64,000 bases of DNA from Plasmodiophora brassicae. Lineage: Eukaryota. Shown one piece after another: positions 35,299 through 48,400 of this stretch. The notes under the pieces were generated by a model. That model had not been told where the DNA came from, searched no databases, and saw only the letters and a list, made by a program, of their open reading frames with translations. The stretch spans positions 248,001 through 312,000 of the forward strand of contig CP145409.1 of the NCBI GenBank assembly GCA_036867785.1, read 5' to 3'. Made by a program: the position numbers and the translations under genes. Every line of letters begins with the position of its first letter. Positions within the stretch are counted from its first letter, which is position 1.

Positions 35299-35506
35299 GA
35301 AATGCCTATCTTCGATGTGTCACATTGTATATGAGATTTAGGAAACACAGACGCTGTCGGTACCATCATATCGCGAAGTGGATCGATCGGCGTACAGGGA
35401 CGTAGTGGATTTGTATAGGCATCAAGAAGGACATCGCTCGCGTTGCGCGGTTCCCAGCCGCCTGCATGGACGCGTGAGAGTTGGTCACGTTGCACCCTGT
35501 CCAGCG

Positions 35507-37336
35507 ATGTCGGAATCCGACTTCCAGATCCAGGTGGAGAACTTTCTCCACATTAAGATGACGGATTTACAATACTGGGTATTCGTCGTCGTTCCCGCTC
35601 TAACTGTCCTCTTCATGTTCCTGTTGGTATCCCGAATTTGGAGAAACGTCGAGAGACGGGACTCCCGGTTCTGTTTATACGCGATGGTTCTGTTGATTAC
35701 CGGCGTCTGCGTCATTCGGGCGTTTATCGCCACACTGAACATCATCGACCAATGGGGCAAATTCCCATCTGTCGTCCGGCCTGTGATCAGCACGCTACCG
35801 ACCATTCTCCAGTTCTTCCTGTTTACGATACTGATCTTGATCTTGCACGCGTCAACAGAGCCGCTGACGTGTTTGGCCGACGTTCCTGGATTTTTCCGAT
35901 TCCACAAGCCGTTTATCCTGTTGACCTTCTTCTTGGGAGTGTCCGATGTTGGGCTATCCATGGAAGGAGAGCGAGACCCGTCGACAAATTACTTCGCCCT
36001 TTCGCTTATCGTTGCCGGGTCAATCGGCGGCATCTGCAGCCTCTACTTCCCACTGCTAAGCCTCTGGGTCACGAGCTCTCTCGGTACCGTTATGTGCTAT
36101 TGTTGCCTGGTCCCGCCTCTTTGACATGATCGGCAGGACACTGGGAGGCTGGTGAGGATACCGTCCTGGAGAAGGCATACTTTGCTGTGACGAAATCGGT
36201 CGCCCGGCTCGGCACAGTCTTCAGTCTGTTCCTATTGGTCCAGAGCGGGTTGACTGTTCTGTCCGGAGTCAGCCAAGCGACCTACAGCGACCACCAAGTT
36301 TTATTCAAATACCTGTTTGCCGCATGCGAGATCGGCGTTGTCTGGGCCACCATGATCTTCATCTGGTGGCAGTCGTCAGTCACGCCAGATTTATGTGCAG
36401 CCGGTTTGATATCTGAAATGTTTTGCCTGTCGATACAGACACATGATCCACAAGGCGAACGTATTTCCTGTGTCATTCCATGAGATTGAAGGCAACCATG
36501 AAGATGTCCAGAGCGGATGGGCTATGCAACTCGTTCTGGGATACGCTGTGACCAACAGCGTTTGCCCCTGCTTCCCGTTCAAGAAAGACGAGGTGCGACC
36601 CGTTCCGGCTTACAAACCCAGAGAAGCAGTGAAGCCGGATGATGAAGCCAGCAACAACAAGGAGGAGATTGCCCACAGAAGAGCCCCTGCCGAGAACGGT
36701 ATTGCATCCGGGTCGAAACTAGACGGCGTCCAGGCGAAACCGGGACCGGCGGTCACCTCCCTGCCGCAGGCATCCACACCGACAGATGACGCTCCTCATC
36801 AGGCAGTTGCCGTGTCAGACATCAAGCCCGCTGTCAGCACAACGTGGACCGCGTCACCGAGCGCCCAAACGTCACCATCGGGCAAACGCTCCATTTCACA
36901 GGGGGCAAAGGTGCGTTGGCTAATCACCTTTGATGATCGTATCGTTACCGGTGGCACACTGTAGGGAAGTGGAAAACATGGTCCTAAAGGCGAGGAGCTG
37001 CGTAAACAGCAGCTTCAGGTATGTGAGCGCTTTCAGCAGAAGAAGGGCTCGTGCACAGGAAACGGCTGACTGGCTGGATCACAGTTAACCCTGAAAATCG
37101 TGAAGTTCCTTCTGCAGTGCATGAGTGCGTCGCCTAAATGGCAAGCGTCAGCAGTGGCCAACGATGCCGCTGAAAAGAAGAAGGTCGGCAAGCAAGTTGC
37201 TGTCCAGGTTCTCGGCATTTGGAAGAAATCAGGTTATCCCGACCCGGAGACCTTCCTCACGCCTTGGAGAAAGGTCCGAATCAGTATCATGCTCGACAAA
37301 ATGCTCATTGCCGGACCGACGAAGACCGCCAATTAA
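35507..37336 (+). CDS. Multi-pass (about 7 TM) membrane protein with long low-complexity C-terminal region (may be two genes)
   Basis: Hydrophobic segments in ORFs 35378-36124 and 36187-36483, then a P/S/A-rich exon and a helical terminal exon at 37100-37336. Confidence 0.55.
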
Positions 37337-37459
37337 TAATATCACCATCTCCAGCCGATGATGGCCTCAGTGCTCAGTGTGGCAACATTCGAAACGGAAT
37401 AATCGCTTTCCCAAATTCGTCGTCAGCGGATGGTGTCTAAACACGCCTCGTTGAGGGCA

Positions 37460-38188
37460 AGACCAAAGCGCAGGCTGGCCGAGTACTTATGGCGGGCATT
37501 CTTGAAGAAGTTACGGCCAGCGTACCGTCTTCCTGATCGTGAGGTCATCTCCGGCCCATTGCTCCATGAGGAATGACGCTGTACAAAACAAAGACGTTCG
37601 TCAGCTGCAGCAAGCGTCCGCCATTGTGCCTTACTTTGGACGGTGCATGCAAGCAGGTCCTGCCAGCGGCCATCAGTTTCAGGGCTTGCATACCCGCGTT
37701 ATTGGTCGCACCGTAGATCGTCGTCAACAAGTGTGAACGGCAATGCCCGCCGGTAGAGCAAACGTCCCCGTAGAACATCAGCCTCCTCCATATCCTCAAG
37801 AGGTATGGATCAACACCAAGACGGAGCTCGGCTAGCCGAGCGAGCTCTTGATGCAGTGGCGTTTGACGCAAGGTTCGCGCATCTGATGACGAACGGGGCC
37901 AGAAGCCATGACGGGTGCGACAGCACCGCATGGCCTCAGTCTACTTCGTCCTGGGAACCGAATATACACCATACCTATGTTAAGTGGAAGACGAGCGCTC
38001 ACACAGCTGAAAAATACCAATTTGCATTTACTGGCATGACGACCCAGTACTGACAGTTTCGAGTACGCCACTCTGTCGGAGCAGTGGTTGCACTGTGCTC
38101 GGTCCACAGCGAGGCCGTCAGGTCTCGGAATACGCATGATGAACTGGCCAGGAATGCTGTCGCCCGGGCGCCCACGCTTGCGAGTCAT
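37460..38188. mobile_element. Rearranged hAT-like (BED finger/DUF659-type) transposase relic
   Basis: Minus strand MTRKRGRPGD...RAQCNHC...LGRHASKC (BED finger); plus strand LWRAFLKKLRPAYRLPDREVISGPLL* and CLTLDG with a stop and frameshifts. Confidence 0.6.
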
Positions 38189-38433
38189 CGGCGTGGAGCG
38201 CAGAGGGGGGCGAGCACGGTTCGCCGCCGTGAGGCCTGCGGCTGCAAGGCCAAGGGAACGGTACGCCCGGACATTATCGGGCTCCCATAAGTCATGACTC
38301 ATGAGTCCTGACGCATGTCATGAACCCCGTGCGTCAACGTTTTTCATTTTTGCTGGATTTCTCCGGTGGTTTGGGGGGTCCAACTCGGACCGGGGCCAGA
38401 CATGTTGCGGCGCCGCGTTACAAGGCATAGAGC

Positions 38434-39354
38434 ATGACGTTACCGCCGGGTGCCGTGAAGAACGTCGTGGTGACGGGCGGATCCAGCGGAATCGGCAGGT
38501 CGATCGTCGAGGCGTTCTGTGGCGAATCACACCGCGTTCTGTTCACGTATTTGCGGCATGCCGAGGCTGCGGCCCGCCTGGTGGAGCGGTATCCGACGGC
38601 GACGGCGGTGCGATGCGACCAGGGTGATCTCCGAAGTGTCGTCGCGCTCCATGATGACGTTGCTCGATGGCTTGATGGGCAACCGCTTGACGTGCTTGTC
38701 AACAATGCCGCGCTCGGGTCGCAGACTGTCTTGACCTACGAAAACCTTCGTGACAACGATGCTCGCGAACACTTAGACGCAGGCTCCAGGGGCGCCCATA
38801 TCCAGCAATTGTTGAGTAAGGCGTGTCGCGATGAAGCGCTGATGAGGGTGAACGCATTGGGGCCACTGTGGGTATCGGACGCGCTGATCCCGCTTATGTC
38901 TGGGCCGACCCGGGCCGTTGTCGTAATGGTGGGCTCAGTCGGAGGATCTTCCGGCGCTGTGTTTCCCGAATATCACCCTTCCGACCTGATGTCCAAAGCC
39001 GCTGTCGCTTACCTCACTCAGCACCTCGCCGCGGACCTCATCCGATCCCACGTGGATGTCGTCTGCGTGTCACCCGGTGCTACCGATACCGACATGATGA
39101 GAGCGTCCATGACGAACAAAGAGCTGGCGATGCCGATGACACGAGGCATGCTTGCCAAGGGGCGCTTGATCGATCCGCGAGAGATAGCTGACGTCATCTA
39201 CTGGATCTGTACGCAGGCTCAGGCTCGGGTATTCCATGGGGCCGTCCTTGACGCATCGATGGGACTAGCCTGTCGGCCCGGTCTTCAAACGGAACGCCCT
39301 TCCTATTCGGCGAACAATGCTTCGCCAACAAGGACCTCAGAGCCGGAGACTTGA
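38434..39354 (+). CDS. Short-chain dehydrogenase/reductase with atypical active site, intronless
   Basis: TGGSSGIG, DVLVNNAALG, VNALG, GSVGG, VSPGATDTDM; the YxxxK position reads DLMSK. Confidence 0.9.
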   Translation: MTLPPGAVKNVVVTGGSSGIGRSIVEAFCGESHRVLFTYLRHAEAAARLVERYPTATAVRCDQGDLRSVVALHDDVARWLDGQPLDVLVNNAALGSQTVLTYENLRDNDAREHLDAGSRGAHIQQLLSKACRDEALMRVNALGPLWVSDALIPLMSGPTRAVVVMVGSVGGSSGAVFPEYHPSDLMSKAAVAYLTQHLAADLIRSHVDVVCVSPGATDTDMMRASMTNKELAMPMTRGMLAKGRLIDPREIADVIYWICTQAQARVFHGAVLDASMGLACRPGLQTERPSYSANNASPTRTSEPET

Positions 39355-39513
39355 TCGGCGGCCCCCTCTATCTGTTTAAGAATGTAATTGAACTGACTAC
39401 CCGTTTCGGTGAATGCACATTAACGATTTCATATCTTTCGCGGGTACCGTCGTGTGATCGTGGGCACCTCCACTAATCATCGCACTAGACGACACACGCT
39501 TGGTGTCTTGACA

Positions 39514-40060
39514 ATGATACGCGCTGCTGACTTGCGACTAGACAATGGATACTGGAAACTTGCCAGGGAACGATTACAAAGCCATGACGATAAAGGCAAT
39601 AGGTCCATGCAGGAACGGAATCTTGTTGACAAGGTTCGCCAGGCTGCCCAAGATGGACGCTGGAAGCAATGTGCCGGCCCTGCCCCTGCAAAGAAGTCCC
39701 CACCTCGTACGTTCTTATGTCCTCTGAGTTCATATGCCTTATGCTCCTTATAATTATGGACGATATTCAGACACTTCCCCAAGTGATATTAGGAAGCTTC
39801 GATCGTGGTTACCCACGTTGGACCAATCGAAGTCAGCTTCTGTGCGACTGGGGTACACTGTTGCCAAGATGGACGCTGAGTTAGAGCAAGCGGGTGTGCA
39901 CATGGATAACGTCGTGTCGTACATCAACGAGCAGATCGAGTACGCTGATGCGCTGGGAGAGCGGTTCCGCGATCAAGACACACAGGTTCATTGTGAAGCG
40001 TTGCGAATCCGCAAGAAGATTCAGCAAATGAGCAAGAATGCAGCTATTACTGGGTTATAA
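39514..40060 (+). CDS. Hypothetical protein, 2 exons
   Basis: MIRAADLRLDNGYWKLARERL...KKSPP joins in frame across a GTACG...TTCAG intron (about 39707-39770) to TSPSDIRKLRSWL...KIQQMSKNAAITGL*. Confidence 0.55.
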
Positions 40061-40065
40061 AACAA

Positions 40066-41658
40066 TTATTTGGGATTTACTTTTATCGATGCACGACGCG
40101 CCTTTACGTTGGTCCCGACAGATGCCCTGCGAGATGACGTCGTGTCATTTGCCAATGTCTGTCCTCGCCTGGGCACGGCTGCTGGGCGCGTCTGGCCTTC
40201 CAGACCGGCGGATGCATCAGCTTTGGGTGACGCACCAACGCGACCCAGTTGCCCCTGAAGGTGTTCCAGCCGGCGGTTCTGAGAGTCGATTTTCCTTGAC
40301 AATAAGTTCTCATTAGCCATTAAGTCCTTCACGTGGCGCAAAATCACTCTTACGTTTTCTGGCGCTCTATCTCAGCAGTGAGCTCGAGTTTCTGCTGCTC
40401 GAAGCGATGTCTCATCTCCTGCAATTCCTTGCGTAATTCGTATTCAAGAGCTTCCTTCCTCCTAAGGTCGCTGCAGACGGTTTTCAGGCATTTGCCAACG
40501 ATCACCACACCGGTTCGCCAGCTACCTCTCTAGCTGTGCGATATCGCTCTTGGCAAGCCCCAGATCACAGGTCAAAACGTCCAGCATCTGGTTAACCTTG
40601 CCAATTTGTGCTTGGGCATCCCTGAGTGCCAGGTTGTGTCGGTTTCCAATGACATTTGAAAAAGACTCCAGGAGCCACATACTGCTTCGCCCGATCGAGA
40701 TCTTGCTCATGTCGATTCTTGGTCTGCTCTAACGATGCAGCAAGAACTTGATTCTCGATTGTGAGTGTCTGACGAACATCCAGCAGCTGACCCTGAAGAC
40801 TCTCGACCTTCTGCAGTGCTTGATCCCTGGCAGCAGCGCCAATCAGGTTCCCTTCAACGTCGCGGCCAATGACTGACCTGCTCTCGGCAGCTTCTTTCAG
40901 CCTTATCGTTACCAGCTCCAGTAATTGCTGATGTGACTGTTTCTCATGCTCAATTTTCGCCTGGTATGACGTCTAGGCACACAACCGTAGCGAATCAACC
41001 GTTAGTCCAATTCGTCGACCTCACACGTAGCACAGCTTACCGTGACGATCTCGATTCGACGACTTATTTCGGTCCCTGCATCGTCAACTAATTTCTGTAA
41101 ACGGTCTATCTCTTCCGTCCTCTTCTTCGCATCGCGGTCTTGTCGTTCGATGACTCTCAGGCTGTTGTTCAGGCTCTCGCTAACTTTGTCAACCTGATGG
41201 CGAAGGGCATCCACCTCATCTTCGACACTTTTACATTCTTCGTGTTGCAATGTCAGTTCTTCCGCTGACCCTGCGAGCACGGTTTTGAACTCGCTAATGG
41301 CCCTAGCTGTGTCGGGCGACTCCTCAGCAATCCGTTCCTCAGCCTTCTTGACAACCAGTCGTAACGCCGATAAATCATTGGCCAATGAGTCACGTTCGGC
41401 AAAGGCCTCATTTGCCCTGTTCTCCAGTGCACCGCATTTCGATTTGTAATCCGCGATCGCCGCCAGATGCTCCTTGACAATCGCATCGACCTCGCCTCTG
41501 TGGTTCGCCTCTAACCTGCCCCTGTCCTGCTCTCGCAGCGCCTCGTTCTCCGCAATGACCTTCTTCAAATGTTGGTCCCTTCGGCGCAGCTCCTGCGTGA
41601 ACCAGAATTGCAACTCCTCTTTCGAACGTTCCACGGGGCCCTCGTTGCCAGCATCCAT
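40066..41658 (-). CDS. Long coiled-coil protein, multi-exon
   Basis: MDAGNEGPVERSKEELQFWFTQEL followed by E/K/L/R-rich heptad exons, ending RRASIKVNPK*. Confidence 0.7.
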
Positions 41659-41935
41659 TCTTACAAGGGGCCGCGCCGCAATGCCACTCCACGCCTCTTT
41701 CCGAGACACTTCAGACACATGTGAACCCGGCACTACCCGAGAAACTGAATTAACGCCACTCCAGAGAGCGTGCGACACTGCCTACCTCCATCATGGTATA
41801 CGCATCGTTTGCCGTTCATTGGGAAAAATGGCCTGTCTGCGGTCGACGTGGACACGTCCGTGTGAACTGATGTTGATCCACGGACAGTAAAATTTGGTCG
41901 GCCGAGGAGCAGTGGACCCGGCCGCAGGCGGCCCC

Positions 41936-44704
41936 ATGTGGCCGTTCACGTGGTCGTCGAGAAAGCCCAGAGAGAAGTACTCTCTGGAGAACTTGAAGTT
42001 CGTCGCAGGATGCTGGGCGGGTCAGCTGTTCGCTGATCGTGTCGCCATGCAGGTATCTGTATGAGGAACTGCTCAGTTATCCGCAGATCGACGATTACAA
42101 TAAGGAGACGGTCGTGGAAATCCTGCGATCTATTGCCGAGTTGATGATTTGGGGCGACCAACACAACGATAACGTTTTCTAGTACGGAATGTCGTTGCTT
42201 GGTCGTTCGGGAGATCGGTGGTTGATCTAAGCATAGTTTTTTCTGTGAGAAGAACATCCTCTCCCGGTTCATTACGATACTTTCGCAGAGCAGAGATCGG
42301 CAGGTCACGGTCCAGATCCTGCAAACGTTGTCGATCATGATCCAGAACTTCTCCCGACAGACATCGATGTACTATCTGCTGTCGAACAACCACATCAACG
42401 ACCTGATCATGATTCGGTTCGATTTCGGGGACGAGGAAGTGATTGCCTACTACATATCGTTTTTGAAGACGCTTTCCCTGAAACTGAACCGCAACACGCT
42501 GCAATTCTTTTTCAACCAGGCCGAAGGAAGGTTCCCGTTATACTCGCAGGCTATCCAGGTCCGTCATTCTTCGCATCCCTGTTGCCAACGTCTGTATTCT
42601 TATCTGTGTACAGTTCTTCCATCACCAAGAAGCCATGGTTCGCATTGCCGTTAGAACCTTGACGTTGAACGTCTACAAAGTCGATGATCCGGGCCTTCGA
42701 CAGTTCATTCTCGATAAGAGCGCCGTTCCCTACTTTTCAAACCTTGTATGGTTCATCCGTGACCAACTCGGCGAGCTCGATGTCTTGCTGCGTCAGTCGG
42801 TTCCAGATCAACATGTGATGACGCGCGTTCTCGATGTCCTGATCGACCAGTTCCATTACATAATGGATATTCTGCGCCTGGACATTTGCGCTCTAAGCCA
42901 GGTCCTTGTGGACCAGCTGCTATCGCACCTCATCATTCCGGTGCTGATTGCAAGCATCGGTTCGCGTGACACTCCAAACCCATCGTTGATATCCAAACGA
43001 CTCGCGCTGTTCACCCTCTTTCAGATTTTCCTTGTCTTTACGGATCGCTGCCTGATCAACAGTGTGGTTACCTGCCTGTTGCACTTGTCACCGCCGGCGA
43101 TTTGCGAACAAATCATTTCGTGCCCGCCTGAGCAGTTTCCTCTGATGAATGCTGGATCATCGCTGACGAACATCCTGTACACACATATCGTTTCACACGA
43201 TAATGACGTTGGCAGGTAATCATCATTGCAGTTCCTGATCCGGAATGCCCACTAACAGCACGTTCTAGTAGGCCAATTTCTGAGGCTGTTGACAAGAATC
43301 GTGCTCGTGCTGGGCTAATAGACTCGCTCTCGGATCCGGATCTATGTACGTTAGCTGCTGCCACATTACTCGCTCTTCTTCGTAACCCGGAACTGGACAC
43401 CTCACTTATCGTCGAGGTTCGCATGTGTCCACAGCGAACTCTGAAGCGTCGCCGACTTCTTGATGCTCTGTTATCCAGCCCGGCGTCGACGAGTGGAGTC
43501 TCCGACCAACACGTAAATCGTAGTAGCGCTGCGAGGATATATATCGAGGCTAACTTCCTTGGCAGGCGAGCGATAACGGTGCATCACAGTTGCCCCAAGC
43601 GACGGACGCTACCAATGATAGGTCACAAGGGGTGTCCTTCGAAACAACTGAGTACCCATCGGACGTGGTTGAAGCGATTTTTCGATCATTGAGCCAAGGA
43701 TCTATTGAAAGGGTTGGGCTCGACTGACGCCAGTGCTGTTCTAAGCAGTAACGCATTCGGTGCAGACCGCGGTCATGATCTTGACCCACCTTCTTATTGA
43801 GCTTGCCCATGTCGAGCGTGGTGGATTAAATGACAGCCATACCAAGAACCTGCTTGAGTTGTTGTCACAGTCGGAACAAGCCGTTCGGGACACGCAAGAG
43901 TACCATGACCTTGCGGATGGTGAAGGCGCATAAGGCATCTTTGGGTGGATGGACTCTGACCTTCATGTGCTGCAGAAACCAGAAACGCTTCGAATTCGGT
44001 GCTGTCCAAGGGTAATCCATTCATTGGCGCATTCGAGGCAGCATACAATGCGGATTCATCCGTTGCTCTGTCACTTGCCGCTCTAGCTGAGCCGGGTGCA
44101 CTTTTGCTGGGGCTGTCAGGCAACAGTCCGACGTTGGCTGATAAGATCGCCAAAGTGGTTGCTCTACATCGATGCTGCGTCAGTCTGTCTGGCACCTTCA
44201 CTGTTGGTTTTGCGATATCTCTGCCTGAACAAATGAGCTAATGTCACCTGTTAGATGCAACCCGGCCCCTTCAAACTGCAGCCTTCGAAACCGGAGCCAG
44301 GGGATCTGGGTACCGGATCGAGAACCGGCTGTCTTGTTCGATATGGGGACCGGTTCCAGGAACAGCAACGTTTCCTGGTTCATCATCCTTCCTTCTTCGT
44401 GCTAACGAAACCCAGCGCGACCTGTGAGCCCTGTCTGTACGTTCCAGTGCACCGTCTGGACATCAGCATTGACTGTCACGATCCGTCTGTCCTGGACCTG
44501 CTGGCGCACTGTCATGAGCAGCCCGATTCAGACTGGCCGCGGCCCACGTGCCCACCGGGCCAGCCGTTGAGGATCCGGCTTCGTTTCGAATCCGTCGATA
44601 GCGCTCAGACCTCGTGCATCCAGCTGGTCGAGAGTAGGTCCAGAGCAAGAGCCCGATTCCGGGAACACGTCGACATCTATTTGCATAGCCATACGACAGT
44701 ATAA
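41936..44704 (+). CDS. CLEC16A: CLEC16A/TT9/gop-1 (FPL-domain) endolysosomal trafficking protein, multi-exon
   Basis: YSLENLK | YLYEEL...VVEILRSIAELMIWGDQH | FFCEKNIL...VQILQTLSIMIQN...YYLLSNNHINDLI...YYISFLKTLSLKLN...FPLY, MVRIAVRTLTLNVY. Confidence 0.92.
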
Positions 44705-44875
44705 TAACATTATGTATTACGAAGGCATTCGCAGCGTTTCTAAAAGACAGGCCAGTCGTGGCGCGTGCCACGCGTTGTCACGGTGCAATCAAGTGGGGCA
44801 CAATGCGCAACGTACATGGTCCAACGCGCACGTGTGCGCGCGCCCAGCCACTTCATTGACGTTTCTGTTGTCCCA

Positions 44876-45160
44876 ATGGCAGGGGTTCGTTCAGGAGGCG
44901 TCGGCAAGGCAGGGGCCGCTCGCAAGGCCGGTGGCGCTCGCAAGCCAGCTGCCCGGCCGCGCTATTCGCCCGCGAAACGCATCCGCGCCTCGATTGAGGA
45001 ACTGGTCGGCATCGATTTCGAGTCGTCCAGCACGACGACTGCGACGAAGCCAGGGCGTGCCGTTGCCCGGCACCGCAAGGGCAAAGCGGCCGCCAAGGTC
45101 AAGGCTCGCCCGGCGCATGCGCCCACCAAGGCCACCACACGCAAGCGCCCGCGCAAGTAA
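44876..45160 (+). CDS. Small basic K/R/A-rich protein (histone H1-like or protamine-like), 94 aa
   Basis: MAGVRSGGVGKAGAARKAGGARKPAARPRYSPAKRIR...HRKGKAAAKVKARPAHAPTKATTRKRPRK*; strong AAG/GCC codon bias. Confidence 0.65.
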   Translation: MAGVRSGGVGKAGAARKAGGARKPAARPRYSPAKRIRASIEELVGIDFESSSTTTATKPGRAVARHRKGKAAAKVKARPAHAPTKATTRKRPRK

Positions 45161-45410
45161 CCCGTTGATTAGCGCCCAGATGGTCGCCCAGTACACACTG
45201 TTGGTTGCTTTAGTACGGTCAATACACTGGAGTGCCACCGCGTACGATGCCGATCGGTTGTCGGCGGGTCGGCTGCCTACATAGTTAATGGGAGGGTGCG
45301 CCATCGGTACTTAAGGAGGAACGCCACGCTTCACCTAGCCACTCCGGACGACGCTGCTGTCGTTTCTGCTGTTGGGATAGCCAGGGTCGAGGTGATCGTG
45401 AAGAGGCGAC

Positions 45411-48400
45411 ATGGGGCCACGTGGTCCAGGGTCGGTCTCGTCCTTCGGCAGCGATGGAACGGTTATGCGCGGAACCGGCCTGGCCGGCGCCAATGAGTTC
45501 GATGGCGAGATGGAGCAGGAGACCATGTGCCAGGTTCTACTGCGCTGGGCGACCGCTTGTAAGAGCGGCACCATTGCCGTTCTCTACGTGATGTCCTTAT
45601 CCGCGAGTCGTTCGATGAGCCTTGATATCCTGCTGGAGACGTTCCACTGCCTCCAGATGGTCGGGTGACACGGCCACCCCTGTGCGTTCCATCATGACTG
45701 ATCCCACCCTGGTAGATGTCGCTCTTGCTCCCGCCACAAACGGGCATCCCGTTCAATCTCGAACCCGCCATCCAGAGCTGGGCCTACTTCGTGTCGCTGT
45801 TCCGCCTGGGCGAAGACGTTACCGGTGTGCTCGGCAACCGCGTTTTCACGGCCACCGGCCTGGCCCTTATCCTGCTGGCCATCCTGCTCGGCGTTTATGT
45901 CGGGTGGGCATGGCTGAACGGCGACACCCGGAACCTGTGGACCATCATCGTCCTGCGCACCCTGGGAGGGGCCCTTGCCACATACCTGTACATCCCAGTG
46001 CTGACGATGTTGATGGGCGGGGCGGCTTGCGACGATTCGGCATCGTGGGGGTGCACCACGATGTCCATCATCACCTGGGCCTTTTGCATCGTCTACGCCG
46101 CCCTCGCCATGATCGTCGCCGCCACGTTCTTCGACGCGGACCCTCTCGCGAATTCATCGACGACGCGATCCCATACCCGCGTCTGCCTATACCGCCACGT
46201 TGTCAACACCGTCCTCGTCGTCCTGTCGCACTCCATGTGGGGCACGTCGATTGCCAAATCGGCTGTCGTCCAAGTCCTCTGGGTCATCCTGACCCTCGCC
46301 TACTCGTTATCACTGGCCTTCTCTTTCAGCTACTACCAGCCGTACTACCTGGCGCGGTCCAACGAGGTACGTCAAAGGCGTTTCCGCCCGCGTCAGCAAC
46401 CGCTGACTGTCCTGTAGATTCGAGCGGTCCTGGCGTGGCTCGTCATGTGGACCGTACTGAGCGGGCCGTTTGCGCGTCTGGTACTGCCCCAGTCGACCAG
46501 CGTGGAAACGCTCTTCTTCTGCGGGTTCGCATTCGTCATCCCGATCGCCATCTTGACGGTTCGCAGCCGTCGAGCCGAGCTGAACACTCGGCCGATCTCC
46601 AAGTGCAGGAACGTGTTCGAGGTCGAGCTATGCTGCCGTCCACAGGACTGGCGCAGCATGACGCCTGCCGAGATCGAGGCAATCACCCAGAAGTACACCG
46701 AGGCCCAGATACGGTTCCCGAAATCCGTGTTCCTGTAAGAGCCAATAACGGGACCGCCGATTCCACCTGACTGTGTGTGTGTCCTAATGAATGTGAATCC
46801 ACAGATGCATGTTCCAGTCGGTGTTCCTGCTCAGCCTGAAACAGTCCATCCTGCCGGTACGCCTGGCTCTACTGCAGGCGGAGCGGTACGACGCGCGCAT
46901 AGACCAAGACTTTTACATCTTCAAACAGAAGCAGAAGCTGAAGGAGAGCCTGGAGTCCTCGCCGGAGGCCACACGAGGCGTGACGACGTACGTCAGGACG
47001 GAGAACCATCTGAGCGAAGCGCGCGCCCTCGACGTCCGATGCTGCAAGATGATGATGCTCTTCTGGGGCGAGGTGGCCAAGAAGGAGAACGCCGACCTGA
47101 CCAAGGTGGTCCGGTTCTCCAACAGTGTGGCCGCGTTGACCTCCAAGGCCACGGCCTGCTATCGTCGCCTGGTGAAGCAGGCGCCCAACTCGGCCAAGGT
47201 CCTCAACCTGTTCGCCGGGTACCTGCACACGGTCGTGAACAATGCCGAACTCGCCGATCGCATGTACGTGCGCGCCGAACGCGCCGTCAACCAGCGCCGC
47301 CTGCACAACGCCAGCAACGACGCCGACAGCATGGACGAGACGATGGCCATCGTCTCCGTCTCCGCCTCCGACGATGTCAAACGGAACGTCCCCGTCGGCA
47401 CGGTCACGCACGTCAACGACCAGGCCATGCAACTGTTCGGGGACGGCATCGTCGGACGCGATTTGAGCCAGTTCCTGCTCCCGCCCTGGTCGCACATCTT
47501 CCCGTCGATGGCCAGCAGATACCTGGAGAACGAGGACGAGCACCTTCTGAAGCGCCCGGTGAACGCGTTCTGCAAGAACGCCAAAGGCGAGCTCGTGCCG
47601 TGTACGATCGTCATGCGGCCGTTCAGCGAGGACGGAATGGCCTGGGCGATCGTCGTCTCTGTCATGCCCGTCAACACAGCGAATCGCGTAGCCTTGCTCG
47701 CCGACAGTGCCACCGGGTTCGTGTTCTCCATGACGATGGCCGCCTATGGCCTGTTCCAGGTGCTGCCCGATGACGTCGCGTCGAGCATGGTCACCGTCTC
47801 CAGCATCATCCAGCGGTACACCGACAACCGCCCGACGTTCATTCAGCCGGGGCCACACGCCGCCCTCATGTGCAATCGTCGTTCACTGGATGACACGGGG
47901 CGCCTGTCGATCGCCGTCGACGTGTTCGAGGTCGACGGCTCCTCGGTCGACATCATTGACGTCACCGACGTATCCGACTTCCAGAGAGAGATCGACGGCG
48001 CCGGGTACCAGGACCAGGAGTCACTGGGGAGTGACCCCGACGCCGACGAGCGTAACCAGCCAGCGCTGGCGTCGCTATCGCACGAATTCACCGTCGACGA
48101 TAACGATGTACGACGCCGCGTCCAGTTCCAGACGTCCCCAGCGAAACGAGACTCGCTCAGCAGTACCGGGGCGCCCGATGACGTCGACGGCGCCAGCGCC
48201 CGAGATCATCCGCATCCGCCATCGGGCTCGACGCCGCTGGATCGCTCTCGTCGGCTCTCGTCCATAGTGGACTCGGGCAGTGAAAGCGCAGCGGAAGCGG
48301 GTGCCGACACACAATCTGCCGAATCGGAGACGTCCAGCGTGGCCCAGGCGCGGCTGGCCCGGCGCGCCTTGCTGAAATCGCACACGGCCATGGACCCGAG

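Noticed and set aside
43216-43231. Apparent 16-nt micro-intron GTAATCATCATTGCAG in CLEC16A
   Set aside because: A normal intron of about 53 nt with a CTAAC branch point ending at TTCTAG restores the frame
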